Positions 20,657 to 31,212 of a DNA stretch of 64,000 nucleotides are shown one piece after another. Every line of letters starts with the position of its first letter. The stretch's first letter is position 1. The translations under genes and the position numbers were made by a program. The DNA is from Verrucomicrobiota bacterium (GTDB lineage Bacteria; Verrucomicrobiota; Verrucomicrobiia; Limisphaerales; AAA164-E04): the NCBI GenBank assembly GCA_047947115.1, contig CP170459.1:1856001-1920000 (forward strand). Direction: 5' to 3'. The notes under the pieces were generated by a model, which ran no database searches, was not told where the DNA came from, and saw only the letters and a list, made by a program, of their open reading frames with translations.

Positions 20657-20881
20657 ATGGAAAAAGAAAGAGTTTCGCCTCTAAACGACCAGCTACCATC
20701 ATTTAGAAGCATCGACATACCATTTGGTGTTGCAGCCTTCGCCAGCCTGGTCGTTAGCGTGTATCTGTGGTTCCTGGTGGATCGAAATGCCGGCCTGTTT
20801 GTCGGAATGTGGGTTCCAAGCATCATTGGGTTGTGGGGCGTGGTTCGTCTCATACTTCTCACCCATATCATACGAAATTAA
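20657..20881 (+). CDS. Small two-helix membrane protein
   Basis: 74 aa with two hydrophobic segments; GLFVGMWVPSI resembles a widespread small membrane-protein family. Confidence 0.65.
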   Translation: MEKERVSPLNDQLPSFRSIDIPFGVAAFASLVVSVYLWFLVDRNAGLFVGMWVPSIIGLWGVVRLILLTHIIRN

Positions 20882-20893
20882 TAATTAACGTTT

Positions 20894-21106
20894 ATGACAC
20901 TATTCCCAATATTCGCTTTCGGACTCGTCATCACTGGCATCGTCATCAAGGGTATTCTCAACGCTCGGTTGATGTTTCAAGCGGAAATACACGCTCAAAC
21001 CATTCGTCAACAACATCAGCTGAAATGGAGAGAGCATTCCGAAAACCTGGCTCTTAACCCCGTATATCTGGAGCCGCGCCGCCGTCGCCATTCAAAGGCA
21101 TCCTAA
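20894..21106 (+). CDS. Small protein with N-terminal transmembrane helix
   Basis: Follows the previous ORF by 12 nt; hydrophobic N-terminus (FPIFAFGLVITGIVIKGIL). Confidence 0.55.
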   Translation: MTLFPIFAFGLVITGIVIKGILNARLMFQAEIHAQTIRQQHQLKWREHSENLALNPVYLEPRRRRHSKAS

Positions 21107-21367
21107 CACACCCTCACATGATTCCTCCCACAATTTCAATGCATGGTCATCTAATTTGGCCCCCCACAATTAAATATGGTTTGCACCTCCGGGATGTGCG
21201 TTTCCGCAGTATTTCTTGGAGTTGATTGCATGAACAGTTTGGCTGTTTTATCGCCGATTAGGAGTATTCTTTTACGGTCCACACAATGAGCTCTTGATTT
21301 ATCGGGTTTGTTGATACCATTCGGTTACTCTGCGTCAGGGGTTTGTTTGAAAAGCCAACTTGTGAAG

Positions 21368-22363
21368 ATGAATAAAAAAATTGCAATTTTGGGCGCTGGG
21401 ATTGCGGGTGTTTCGACTGCACGGTTATTAAGTGGTGTCGCAGACACGGTTCTCTTTGACAAAGCGCGTGGAGTTGGCGGCCGAATGTCTGTTCGGCGCA
21501 CAGAGCCCTATTGTTATGATCACGGCGCTCAGTACTTTACAGCCCGAACCGTCGATTTTCAGAATTTCATACGGCCTGCCATTGACTCAGGTTTGATCAA
21601 ACGATGGGATGCCAGACATGTTTCATTTGATAGGGACTCTATCGTTTCCAGAAGAAATTGGCTCGATGATGAGCCGAGATATGTCGGAGTGCCCGGCATG
21701 AACAGCTTGGTCAAGCACCTTTCTGAAGGTTTGACCATTCATACAAAAACCAAGATAACCTCACTGAAGCGGCAGAAGGAATTTTGGGAGCTCCTGGACG
21801 AACAAGGCAATATTCACCGAGGTTATGACTGGGTCATCACCACCGTGCCCTCGCCCCAAGCGGCGGAGCTTCTCACCCCGTTTTTCAAGCATTACGAAGA
21901 TATACGAAGCATACAGATGCGCCCCTGCTTTTCATTGATGCTGGGTTTTTCCGAGAAATTCCCTCTTGAATTTGACGCTGCACACGTTGCTAACACCGAT
22001 GTCAGTTGGATTGGTGTAAACAGCTCCAAACCCGGGCGATCGAATCTTCCAGCGCTCGTTGTACATTCAACAGAACGCTACGCTGAAGAACATCTGGAGT
22101 CAGACCGTGATCTCATCATGAAAGCCCTATGTGCCGAGACCAGTCGTATCATCGGGCGAGATGTCAGTGGAGCGGACTCAAAGGTCTTACACGCATGGCA
22201 TTTTGCAAACAATCACAGACATGTATCGTCGCCTTGCTTTATTGATCAGGGACTTAAACTTGCTGCATGTGGCGACTGGTGTCAGGGGGGGCGCGTTGAG
22301 GGCGCTTTCAGCTCAGCTGCCAACCTTGTGGTCAAATTAAAAGAATCCCTTAAAGAAATTTAA
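21368..22363 (+). CDS. NAD/FAD-dependent oxidoreductase (renalase-like)
   Basis: GAGIAG, DKARGVGGRMS.RR, DHGAQYFT and CGDWC.GGRVEGAF.S. Confidence 0.92.
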   Translation: MNKKIAILGAGIAGVSTARLLSGVADTVLFDKARGVGGRMSVRRTEPYCYDHGAQYFTARTVDFQNFIRPAIDSGLIKRWDARHVSFDRDSIVSRRNWLDDEPRYVGVPGMNSLVKHLSEGLTIHTKTKITSLKRQKEFWELLDEQGNIHRGYDWVITTVPSPQAAELLTPFFKHYEDIRSIQMRPCFSLMLGFSEKFPLEFDAAHVANTDVSWIGVNSSKPGRSNLPALVVHSTERYAEEHLESDRDLIMKALCAETSRIIGRDVSGADSKVLHAWHFANNHRHVSSPCFIDQGLKLAACGDWCQGGRVEGAFSSAANLVVKLKESLKEI

Positions 22364-22554
22364 GAGCACCAAACTGTTGTGGTGGGAATGATGGTCTGAA
22401 ACTGGTGTAAAGCGAATCTTAAACAACGAAAAGATTTCGAAGCAAATCATCAGCCATCATTTCAGGATTGTGGGTAACTATTGAAGCAAAGGTTGGCTAC
22501 GCAAACTCTGTGACCCCGTTCCGACATTTTTTCAAAACGTTTCAACTTTTTAAT

Positions 22555-23274
22555 ATGCTAAAAAACATATCAGTCATCGGTGCTTCTGGCGCCATTGGTA
22601 GTGCTTTCATAGAGCATCTGCCATCATTTTTTCCAGATGCAATGGTGCACGCGTTTTCCCGTCAACCATCCCGGAACTCTACCCCCAATGTGGAGTGGCA
22701 TATAATGGACTACCAAAGCGAAGATTCCATTCGCTCCTGCGCCGAGCTTGCTTCCCTGGGAGCCCCACTCGATCTGGTTCTTGTGGCTACCGGAATGTTG
22801 CATGACACAAATTTAAGACCTGAAAAGTCTCTGCGTGAATTGTCATTTGAAAAATTCCAACGTTTATTTGCGGTCAACACTATTGTGCCTGCTTTGGTCG
22901 CAAAGCACTTCCTGCCCAGGTTAAACAGGGACACACCTTCATTGTTTGCCACTCTTTCGGCGAGGGTGGGTAGCATCAGTGATAATCAACTGGGAGGTTG
23001 GTATGCTTATCGGATGTCAAAAGCGGCGCTCAACATGTTCATCAGGAATTCAGCGATTGAAATTGCGAAGCGTAACCAGCAGGCCATCATCGTCGGCTTG
23101 TATCCGGGCATGGTGGATAGTTCGTTATCAAAACCGTACCAGAAAAATGTTCCCAGATCTAATATCCTTTCCCCAAAAATGGCGGTTCTAAACATGGTCG
23201 CGGTCTTGAAATCCTTAACTCCCGAGCAAACCGGCAGGTGTTTTGATTGGGATGGACAAGAAATACTTCCTTAA
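22555..23274 (+). CDS. Short-chain dehydrogenase/reductase (C-factor/CsgA-like)
   Basis: GASGAIG, PEKSL, SARVGSISDNQLGGWYAYRMSKAALNM (YxxxK). Confidence 0.92.
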   Translation: MLKNISVIGASGAIGSAFIEHLPSFFPDAMVHAFSRQPSRNSTPNVEWHIMDYQSEDSIRSCAELASLGAPLDLVLVATGMLHDTNLRPEKSLRELSFEKFQRLFAVNTIVPALVAKHFLPRLNRDTPSLFATLSARVGSISDNQLGGWYAYRMSKAALNMFIRNSAIEIAKRNQQAIIVGLYPGMVDSSLSKPYQKNVPRSNILSPKMAVLNMVAVLKSLTPEQTGRCFDWDGQEILP

Positions 23275-23495
23275 ATGCAACTAGTTTGGTTTTGATTTAA
23301 ATACTGCCCGTCTCGACGGAGATCAATACTGTTCGAATTTACAATCCAATCAAACAATGCATGGATCCTTGCCATGGGAACTCCGAAATTTTCAAAAGGA
23401 AGTGTGCACTCCATTTGGAGTGGTTGCCCTCATTTCTCCGAATGGTTTCCCGCCAACCCACGTATTCAACCCTGAAGCACCGACTCAGGTGTGCA

Positions 23496-24671
23496 TTACT
23501 TCAATGCGCTCAAATCGCTCTCCCCGCCGTATCCTGTCAATTCCATGTAGGCTTCCCCGATTTGATTGCCCTCCGGGTCGAGTACCTCACAGGCTCCTTC
23601 CCAGTATTCAATACCACTGATGTGCCCCAACATTTCCTGGTTGTCAAACAGAGGTACCAGATGGGCCCGGAATACAGTGTTCTCTTTTTGATCAGGAAGA
23701 GAGAGTTCGATCTCAACAGGGTAGGTGTTTTTAGTTTCAGGGCTGGTCCAGCGCCTTACGACACGCCACATGTCATCCTGCAAAGGTTGATGTGAGGCGT
23801 TTCCTTTGATGTCCACCCAGGCTACGGTCGAATACGGATCCGCCTTTTCATCGGAAGTTCTCATGCGATAGGCCATGATATCTCTCCCGTCATTCAGTCG
23901 TATGCTTATCCAATCCCAGCCGACTTGGTCTTGTTCAAGTTGGCTCGAACTGACTTCATGATCCATCCACGACCATCCTTGAACCTGAAATGACTTTCCT
24001 TTCAGTCTCAGCGTCCCCGTTGTTTGCAGCCGTGTAAATGTCATGTAATAACTGGCCGCTTTTGGGTCCGCCCCTTTTCTGGAATAACCATTTTCACCAA
24101 AAAGTGTGAGGGGTTTCACCGCGGCCAGCTTCAGATCCAGACTGACGTCTGCAAGAATGCTGCCCTTTAATTCAAATTCAGGTGTCTTGATCCCTTCCAG
24201 GCGACGTAGTTTCCAGTTGCCGTTCTTCAGATCCATGTCTCCTGTTTTTGCAAAAGCCATCCAGGGACTTCTTTGCAAACGTTCCTGATGGGAAAATGTT
24301 TTGTTCTTCAGATCCAGTAATGCCATATGCGCCAGGTGAAGGTCTCTAGAAGCATGCTGGTAGCTATTGGTTGGAGCTTCCGGATCAGGTGACAATCGAA
24401 AAAATGTAGCCTGGTAACCATATCTATGCCCGTCTTCTGATGTCAGGTGACCGGTGATATACCACCATTCGATTTTGAATTCCGGGTGACTTCCGAAATC
24501 GCGCGGATACTCGAACTGATGCCCTGCCTTGGGTATCGCGTGGTCCTTGATCGCCCCCTCCACTGCCTGAAAACCGTGCAGCAGGCAAATCATCAGTAAG
24601 GCCACGGTGCATGGAAAGATCCTTCTTCCACTGGGTAGCTTTTTCAACCTAAGATCTGATTTTCCGTTCAT
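23496..24671 (-). CDS. Secreted lipocalin-like / carotenoid 1,2-hydratase-like (AttH/CrtC-type) protein
   Basis: PRDFGSHP....EWWY.TG.L, GYQATFFR, ASYY, G.SWMDHE, GWDW, YWEG and YMELTGY motifs; signal peptide. Confidence 0.88.
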   Translation of the reverse strand: MNGKSDLRLKKLPSGRRIFPCTVALLMICLLHGFQAVEGAIKDHAIPKAGHQFEYPRDFGSHPEFKIEWWYITGHLTSEDGHRYGYQATFFRLSPDPEAPTNSYQHASRDLHLAHMALLDLKNKTFSHQERLQRSPWMAFAKTGDMDLKNGNWKLRRLEGIKTPEFELKGSILADVSLDLKLAAVKPLTLFGENGYSRKGADPKAASYYMTFTRLQTTGTLRLKGKSFQVQGWSWMDHEVSSSQLEQDQVGWDWISIRLNDGRDIMAYRMRTSDEKADPYSTVAWVDIKGNASHQPLQDDMWRVVRRWTSPETKNTYPVEIELSLPDQKENTVFRAHLVPLFDNQEMLGHISGIEYWEGACEVLDPEGNQIGEAYMELTGYGGESDLSALK

Positions 24672-27289
24672 TCTTCCTTATGCATGCGTTTTGTGGAAAC
24701 CCACCATCCGACCGGGATCGTGCTTGCCAGAACAAACAGCGAAAGAATCACAAGCAAACTGACATGATCTTTCCACGGGATGGCGCTTTGGAGGGTCCAT
24801 CCAAAGGCCTGTTTGTTGATGACCACGACCAACAACCATCCCAGGCATGCACTCAGGATGGTTCCAAAAATAAATCCTGTCCATGCACATGCCAGCCCTT
24901 CCATTCCCGTGGCCATTGCCATTCCAAACCTCGTCATACCCAGATTCTTCATCACTTGGAATTCAAGCTGCCTTTCAACCAGAGAGGTGATCATTGCCAT
25001 GGTTAATCCAGCAATGGCCACGGCTATTGCGATCCATTGCAGCACATGTGTCACCGAAAATGTCTGGTGAAAAATTTCCAGCACTTCTTCCCGCAAGACA
25101 CGATTAGTACGTATTGAAATGCCCGTTTGACGGCTCAAGATTTCGTTGCGAACCTCCTCGGGATCCGCTCCGGGGTTCAGATATACTGCGATGTTGACCG
25201 CGCGTTCATCCTGAAACCAATCGCTGACATGATTCCGGTCAACCGCAACCGTTCCCTGTTCATTTCCATATTCAGCAAATACTCCCGCAATTCGCACTGT
25301 CTTATAACCTTTGGGTGTTGGTATCTTGATTAGGTCATCGATTTTTACATCAAACCTGGATTGGAAACTCTCGTTCACAACAGCCACTGGCATGTTCGTA
25401 TTCGAGCTCGCAGATGGACTTGACGATGGTTTCTGGATCCACAGGGCATACTCCCAGTCCAATGGATTCGAGACGGGCATGCTGGTGAGAAAGGTTTTTC
25501 GGCCCTGATAATCAATGGGGAAAATCTGCCCTACATCCGCTCGCTTGATATCAGTATGGTTGGAGATGCTCTGCCAGGTAGCTTTTGACATTCGGTTTTG
25601 ACTGGAAGCGCTGCCAAACCCCTGGCTGGCGACGTAAAGATCTGCATTGAGCGATTGTGAAATCCAATGGATCATGGTCGTTTCAAAACTGTGGATCATG
25701 AAGGTCATGCCTCCAGCCATGCCAACGGCGACGGTCAATGCCGCTACGCTCAGCAGATGGCGTCCCGTAGGACGTCTAAGTTGACTGAAAGCATACATGA
25801 ACACAGCATGGTAACCTGTCAAAGGTTGTAGGAGAGGGGCCATCCACCGAAGGCCTGCCGGCGCAATGAGAGTGGCTGCCAATACCCATAGGAATGCCGC
25901 AGTGTAACCGCCCAAGGGAATCCATCCATGCTCATCCGGATACGGCGGCATATAGGCGGCCACCCAGCCCATGATTGCAATACCGGCACCGAGCAGGGGC
26001 TTGTTCAGCGCCGTCATAAACCCTCCCTGTCTTCCCTGTTTGAATATTTCAGCGGGTTGTGTTTCGGCACTTTCACGCGCGGGAAACCAACCAGCCGCCA
26101 GACTGGCCATGCAGCCAAGACTCAAAGCAAGGACAGCTTCTGAGTGATTCCAGTCGGCCGATTCCGATGCGCTTTGAAGGTAAAGTGCATTCACCGTGGA
26201 GGCGACCAGCCGCACCGCCCATTGTGCCCCGGCCCATCCCAGAATCAATCCGCCACCACTCCCCAGCAATCCATACCAAAGGCTTTCCAATAACCACGCT
26301 GTTTTCACTGCTCCCGGTGTGATTCCCAAAGAACGCAGTGTCGCAATTTCCATTCTTCCCCTGACAATCGCAGCATCCATGCCCTGCATGATGAGATACA
26401 TGCCAACGACCAGTGCCAACATGGAAAGAATGGTCAAATTCAGGCGGAACGCGCGCGTCACGGAAGCGTTGCTGTTTAGTGATGTTTGAGGAGTATCCAC
26501 TGTCCAGCGCTGGTTGTTCTCCAGGTTCCCTTGCGCCTTGTCCATGAGGATTGACTTGTCCCGTCCCGGAGGAAAATAGAGTTCCACACGATGACTCAAT
26601 CCGGTTTGTTGCATGGCGCGCTGCAGGTCGACGATGTTCATGAACAGGATTGTTGACGGATGTGATACTTTGAAAACCTCGTCTCGACTCACATGCAAGA
26701 TTGAAAGAATGGTGTTGCGATCATCCATGATGACTTCCATTTGATCACCGGTTTTCAGATTGCGCTTGTTTGCCAGTGCTTGGGACACGACGACTCCGTA
26801 GGAGGCTTCACCGGGCTCTCCCTGTGAATGATGGGATGTTTCCTTCCATGCGTGATATGCTGATTCATTGCTGCTGTCCGGGTCATAATAAATCAGATTG
26901 GACATGGCGAAAGTATCGAGGCCCACCACGAGGAATTGATGCAGGTTGAGGCTGTCTCCTTTTTGAGCGGCGTCCGTGGCGGTAGTCTCCAGCACTGGTG
27001 CCATGACACAAGGAATTGAATCTAGCTGGTTTTGAATCGAGTAAAGGTCTTCCTCTGAGAATTGACCTGATGGAGACGTCAAGACCAGATCCGGACGAAG
27101 TCCCAGAGTCCGGTCAAAGTAGGTGAATCCACTGATCGCGGCGCGGTTTGCCAGTCTGATGGAAAAAAATGCGGCAACACCCACCGCAATGATGCTGCAG
27201 AACGCCAAAGTAGACAACGGATGACGTGTCCAGTGGCGCATGTGGATAATCCTCAACAGGATCAGGACTTGTTGGATATGATGTTTCAA
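24668..27289 (-). CDS. FtsX-like ABC transporter permease (two-repeat)
   Basis: Two MacB/FtsX-type halves, EIATLRSLG and VINKQAFGWT; TTG start at 27289 overlaps the ATPase stop. Confidence 0.88.
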   Translation of the reverse strand: MKHHIQQVLILLRIIHMRHWTRHPLSTLAFCSIIAVGVAAFFSIRLANRAAISGFTYFDRTLGLRPDLVLTSPSGQFSEEDLYSIQNQLDSIPCVMAPVLETTATDAAQKGDSLNLHQFLVVGLDTFAMSNLIYYDPDSSNESAYHAWKETSHHSQGEPGEASYGVVVSQALANKRNLKTGDQMEVIMDDRNTILSILHVSRDEVFKVSHPSTILFMNIVDLQRAMQQTGLSHRVELYFPPGRDKSILMDKAQGNLENNQRWTVDTPQTSLNSNASVTRAFRLNLTILSMLALVVGMYLIMQGMDAAIVRGRMEIATLRSLGITPGAVKTAWLLESLWYGLLGSGGGLILGWAGAQWAVRLVASTVNALYLQSASESADWNHSEAVLALSLGCMASLAAGWFPARESAETQPAEIFKQGRQGGFMTALNKPLLGAGIAIMGWVAAYMPPYPDEHGWIPLGGYTAAFLWVLAATLIAPAGLRWMAPLLQPLTGYHAVFMYAFSQLRRPTGRHLLSVAALTVAVGMAGGMTFMIHSFETTMIHWISQSLNADLYVASQGFGSASSQNRMSKATWQSISNHTDIKRADVGQIFPIDYQGRKTFLTSMPVSNPLDWEYALWIQKPSSSPSASSNTNMPVAVVNESFQSRFDVKIDDLIKIPTPKGYKTVRIAGVFAEYGNEQGTVAVDRNHVSDWFQDERAVNIAVYLNPGADPEEVRNEILSRQTGISIRTNRVLREEVLEIFHQTFSVTHVLQWIAIAVAIAGLTMAMITSLVERQLEFQVMKNLGMTRFGMAMATGMEGLACAWTGFIFGTILSACLGWLLVVVINKQAFGWTLQSAIPWKDHVSLLVILSLFVLASTIPVGWWVSTKRMHKEE

Positions 27290-27972
27290 ACGATCAGATT
27301 TCCATCCTGCATCTTCCAGGTTGTGTTGCAAATGGCAGATGCTTCCTGGCTGTGAGTGACAAGCAGCAGAGCAATTCCCTTTGCGCAGATAAGATTTTGC
27401 ATCAGATCCAGAATACGTCGGCCGTTCTGACTATCCAGATTACCGGTCGGTTCATCTGCCAGAATGACTTTCGGGCTCGTGATCAAAGCTCTTGCGATGG
27501 CGGTTCGCTGTTGCTCGCCTCCACTCAATTGGTTCGGGAATGCCTGCTTCCTGTTTGTCATGCCCACCTGTTTCAAGATAGAGGCCACACTGTCCCTGCG
27601 TTTATCCTGCGGTATTGATTGAATTTGAAGAGGGAATTCGATGTTTTCCTCTACGGTCAAGGTTGGCAGCAGGTAGAAAAACTGAAAAATGGAAGCGATC
27701 TGAGTACGTCTCAACCCGGCGATTTCACTGGGAAGCATCTGCATCATATCACGTTCACGAAAAAATAATCTTCCTGAATCAGCTTTGTCGACACCTCCCA
27801 GGCAATGGAGCAGGGTGCTCTTGCCGGAGCCCGAGGGCCCCATAATGGCGGTCATGCTTCCGGGCTCGAGCTCAAAGGAAACATTTTTCAAAACGCTGGT
27901 TTGTCCATATCGCTTTTGAAGGCCCTCGACCCGGTAGATGCTGCTTGGTTTATCTGTGTTGTTGGATGACAC
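27286..27972 (-). CDS. ABC transporter ATP-binding protein (LolD/MacB-like)
   Basis: [27 protein letters not shown] and VTH. Confidence 0.95.
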   Translation of the reverse strand: MSSNNTDKPSSIYRVEGLQKRYGQTSVLKNVSFELEPGSMTAIMGPSGSGKSTLLHCLGGVDKADSGRLFFRERDMMQMLPSEIAGLRRTQIASIFQFFYLLPTLTVEENIEFPLQIQSIPQDKRRDSVASILKQVGMTNRKQAFPNQLSGGEQQRTAIARALITSPKVILADEPTGNLDSQNGRRILDLMQNLICAKGIALLLVTHSQEASAICNTTWKMQDGNLIV

Positions 27973-30391
27973 ATCCGAGAATATGCCTTATGGGCAGCGG
28001 AAGGCAACACGTGCTTGGCATTTCAATGGAGGAAAGACACTCATCCGGCTCTATTTCGAATCATCCGTTTTCGCGCCAGCCTTTGTTGGAATCAAGTGGT
28101 CATGTCTTTGAAGGAGAATCTCAATTTGGCGCATCCCGCCTGCCTGGCAGAAGTGCGAATTTCATGTTCATTACATTTTGTCCCTTGACCCGGGTTCCCC
28201 ACGGGTGTCTTTTACTGCCATCGTCGGAAACATAACTGATTTATGTTCAAAATGACCGCTAAAAAAGTATGAATGAGCGCATGCTTTCAAATGATGTTTG
28301 GATATTAGGGCCAAGTTCACAATGACAGATAGATCAGCAAAAGAAATGTTACAATTATTCCCCACAGTCACACGCGTTTATCTCACATCAAAGCATTTAG
28401 TCACGGGGCTTCATGCTGGCGGACCCTTCGAAGCTTTGGGAGACTGACACGGATATCTTCGGCCATCAAGATTCATATGTCTGAGTTAGATTGCAAAAGA
28501 GGTGAGCGCGTTGCTTCCATGTTGTTGGGAACCTTCATCGGGGATGCGCATGCGATGCCTGCGCATTGGTATTATGACCGCAATGCTCTGCGGAAGGATT
28601 ATGGATGGATAACTGATTTCCTCGCACCCCGAAATCCCCATCCAGACAGCATTCTTTGGCGCAGTCATTACAAGCCTCTGAATGCAAAGGGAGACATCCT
28701 TCACCAGGAATCAGTTTACTGGGGAAAAAGAGGGGTACACTACCATCAACACCTCGAACCAGGAGAAAACACCCTCAGTCTTCAATTGGCTTGTCTTTTA
28801 CTGGAAACCTTGAAGCAATCAGGGAAATATGACGCGGATGCATACCTGATGCGCTACCGAGATTACATGCTCACACCAGGGAATCATCGTGATACCTACA
28901 TAGAAGAATGTCATCCTCAGTTTTTTACCAATTACGCGAGAGGTAAGAAATTAAGGTCCTGTGGTGGACCCGATAATCACATCGGAGGTCTCGCTTCCGC
29001 AGCTATTTTGCTGGTTGGAGGGAATCAGGATCTCGAAACCACCAGAGCTGTCGTAAAAGAACACATCAGCTTGACACATCATCATGCTTATCTGGATCGT
29101 GCGGCGGATTCTTACATCCAAATATTGTGGCATGTGCTGAACGGACAAGACTTGAGAAATGCCATAGAGGCACATGCCAAAGAATTTTTTTCAAAACGAA
29201 AAGCTCAAACTTGGGAAGCTACTGAGGATGGAGAGGTAGTTGATCATCATTTCAGTTCAGCTTGCTACATCGATAAAGCATTTCCAGCTTCTTTGTATTT
29301 GGCCTGGAAATACGCCCACTCTTTTCGCGAAGGCATCATCGCAAACACAAATATAGGCGGCGATAATTGCCACCGTGGAGCAGTAGTTGGAGCCCTCTTG
29401 GGAGCAGCTGCAGGTTTGAACGCTATTCCTGAGCAATGGATAAACCGCCTCAAATTGAGCCCTCGGTTGGCAGATCTTCAGGGCCAGAAACAATACTCCA
29501 GTACATGAAGTGAACGCTTTGCTGCAAGTTTTCTACAAAAAAACAGGGGAACTGTGGCTTTCGTTCAGGCATATGCGATGATCATGTCGCCTCTGGATTT
29601 TATAACCGGTCATTGGATTCCCGAGCAATATGGCCGTCCAGTCACCCTGAAACTCAGAACCTATTTGAAGTGAAGTCTCATGCACCGCTTCGTGCTGGAA
29701 AGTTCCATTTTACTTTTGCATGGAGCCGGTCAAATTGGAGGACTGTCCTTAGCTGCCCTGTTGCTGATCTTGATGTTCATCTTTGCGATTCGTTTTCAAT
29801 TGCATACCGCAATTTGTGTCGGAGTCCTCCAGAAGATGGATGATCCTTGTGATATTCGTCCAGACTTGGAGGCGATTTGGGTTGAATGCAAAGATCCCTG
29901 TTTTTCCTGATGTATTGTGGGATTGCCGGGACGATAGCAAATCATCTTACCGTCCAAATGGTACCATGCTTATGGTGCCGACTTCATGAGGTATCTTCAC
30001 ATGCGACGCCAAAAGCCCATACACGCAGGTTGGCGCAGTCGAGGGATGATTTTTGCTTGTGCTTGGGTGTTGATGAGTTTCTTCCTTTCGGCTCACTTGG
30101 TTGGCTTTCCAGAGGGCGGGCTGATTTCCACATTACATCTGAGTTTACTATCGTCTGTTTTTCATTTCCTGGGGCTCCTATTACTACCTACACCGGGCCG
30201 CCGTGCGACATTGGCCATCGATCAGTGGGTGCAACAAAGCATCGGCTCTGAACATGCTTTTAAAGATTGGATTCAGAAATTTTCCAACATGACAGATGGA
30301 GAGGTTCAGCGTGGTCGATGGATTGAAAGAATTTTCCATCCTATCCCAGCACTGCAAAACCGACTTCATCATTACCGATCAACTCATTTGA
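27853..30391. repeat. Segmental duplication, copy 2
   Basis: Direct match to 9819-12617, with an internal deletion of roughly 260 bp near 29555. Confidence 0.95.
28477..29508 (+). CDS. ADP-ribosylglycohydrolase-family protein, copy 2
   Basis: Near-identical paralog of 10443-11474; intact frame with few substitutions (e.g. ECHR to ECHP). Confidence 0.88.
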   Translation: MSELDCKRGERVASMLLGTFIGDAHAMPAHWYYDRNALRKDYGWITDFLAPRNPHPDSILWRSHYKPLNAKGDILHQESVYWGKRGVHYHQHLEPGENTLSLQLACLLLETLKQSGKYDADAYLMRYRDYMLTPGNHRDTYIEECHPQFFTNYARGKKLRSCGGPDNHIGGLASAAILLVGGNQDLETTRAVVKEHISLTHHHAYLDRAADSYIQILWHVLNGQDLRNAIEAHAKEFFSKRKAQTWEATEDGEVVDHHFSSACYIDKAFPASLYLAWKYAHSFREGIIANTNIGGDNCHRGAVVGALLGAAAGLNAIPEQWINRLKLSPRLADLQGQKQYSST

Positions 30392-30396
30392 ATTGA
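29505..30396 (+). pseudogene. Degraded copy of the membrane protein gene
   Basis: ATG AAG TGA at 29505, internal deletion, further stops near 29671, 29908 and 29935; truncated before the C-terminal SRAVHCN motif. Confidence 0.92.
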
Positions 30397-30857
30397 CACT
30401 ATTGGCCAGTGTCATAACATCAACGTTATCAACTGCTGAGAGTTTTCAGGAACGAATAGTGTAACAAGAGAGTTATTCCAATCGTATGCAAAAAATGGCG
30501 GTTATGACTCCTCTGAATCATGACCAACGTAAACCCATATGAGTCTTGAACTGCCTGGTGTCAGGGAGAACGATCGGGAACACTTGGCAAGCGTGCAATA
30601 TCCTCAGAATGGGGACGTCTGACTTTTGAGACACTACGCCAATAGCGTGTCTTCATTGTCTTCTGTCATTTTGGAGCAGAATAGAAGACTCGAGTCGGTA
30701 AGTGTTAGGGTGTACTGGCGGAGTACTGAAGGAGTATGCACGATTAGTGAAAATAAACCTTCGAAAACAGGGTGTACACTGGCAGTTTCCCTGGCACTTG
30801 GGGTGTTTTATTGGGGGCGTGAAGTTATAAGCTATTTGCAATCACAGTGTTTCAAAA

Positions 30858-30879
30858 TGGCTCCAGAGGTTGGGCTCGA
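30858..30879 (-). other. tRNA 3'-end fragment (att-like, tRNA-Asn-like), copy B
   Basis: Reverse complement TCGAGCCCAACCTCTGGAGCCA has correct T-loop/T-stem/acceptor/NCCA spacing; no 5' half of a tRNA is present. Confidence 0.7.
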
Positions 30880-31029
30880 TTTTTTTACCCCGGTTTTTCG
30901 GCCGAATTTGGGACAAAATAACCCATATCTTCAAGTCCCTCAAGCCAACTCTTCGCGAGCTCGAACCAGCTCGCCTTCTCCTGGTACCTGACAGTTAGCC
31001 TGACAGTTGTGAGCGTTGGTAAGAGATGC

Positions 31030-31212
31030 TCAGCTTGATGCTGCTTTGGTTTCCGGTGGTAAAAGGATGGTCCTTCCGGATTTATTTTGGTTTTCAATCG
31101 CAGAATCGATAATGCGATCGATATCAAAATCAAAGCGCTGCCCTAGCGTTTCTTTGATTCTTCTGGTTTCTTTCAGGACTTCGTCCGTTGTTTGTTCTTC
31201 AATGGTTTTCAT
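31030..31212 (-). CDS. Small putative antitoxin
   Basis: 60 aa, ATGA overlap with the PIN gene; DEVLKETRRIKE.L...FDFDI pattern typical of small PIN-partner proteins. Confidence 0.6.
   Translation of the reverse strand: MKTIEEQTTDEVLKETRRIKETLGQRFDFDIDRIIDSAIENQNKSGRTILLPPETKAASS

Noticed and set aside
30394..30414. Inverted repeat TGACACT-N7-AGTGTCA right at the duplication breakpoint
   Set aside because: 7-bp arms can arise by chance, and no counterpart was found at the other breakpoints.
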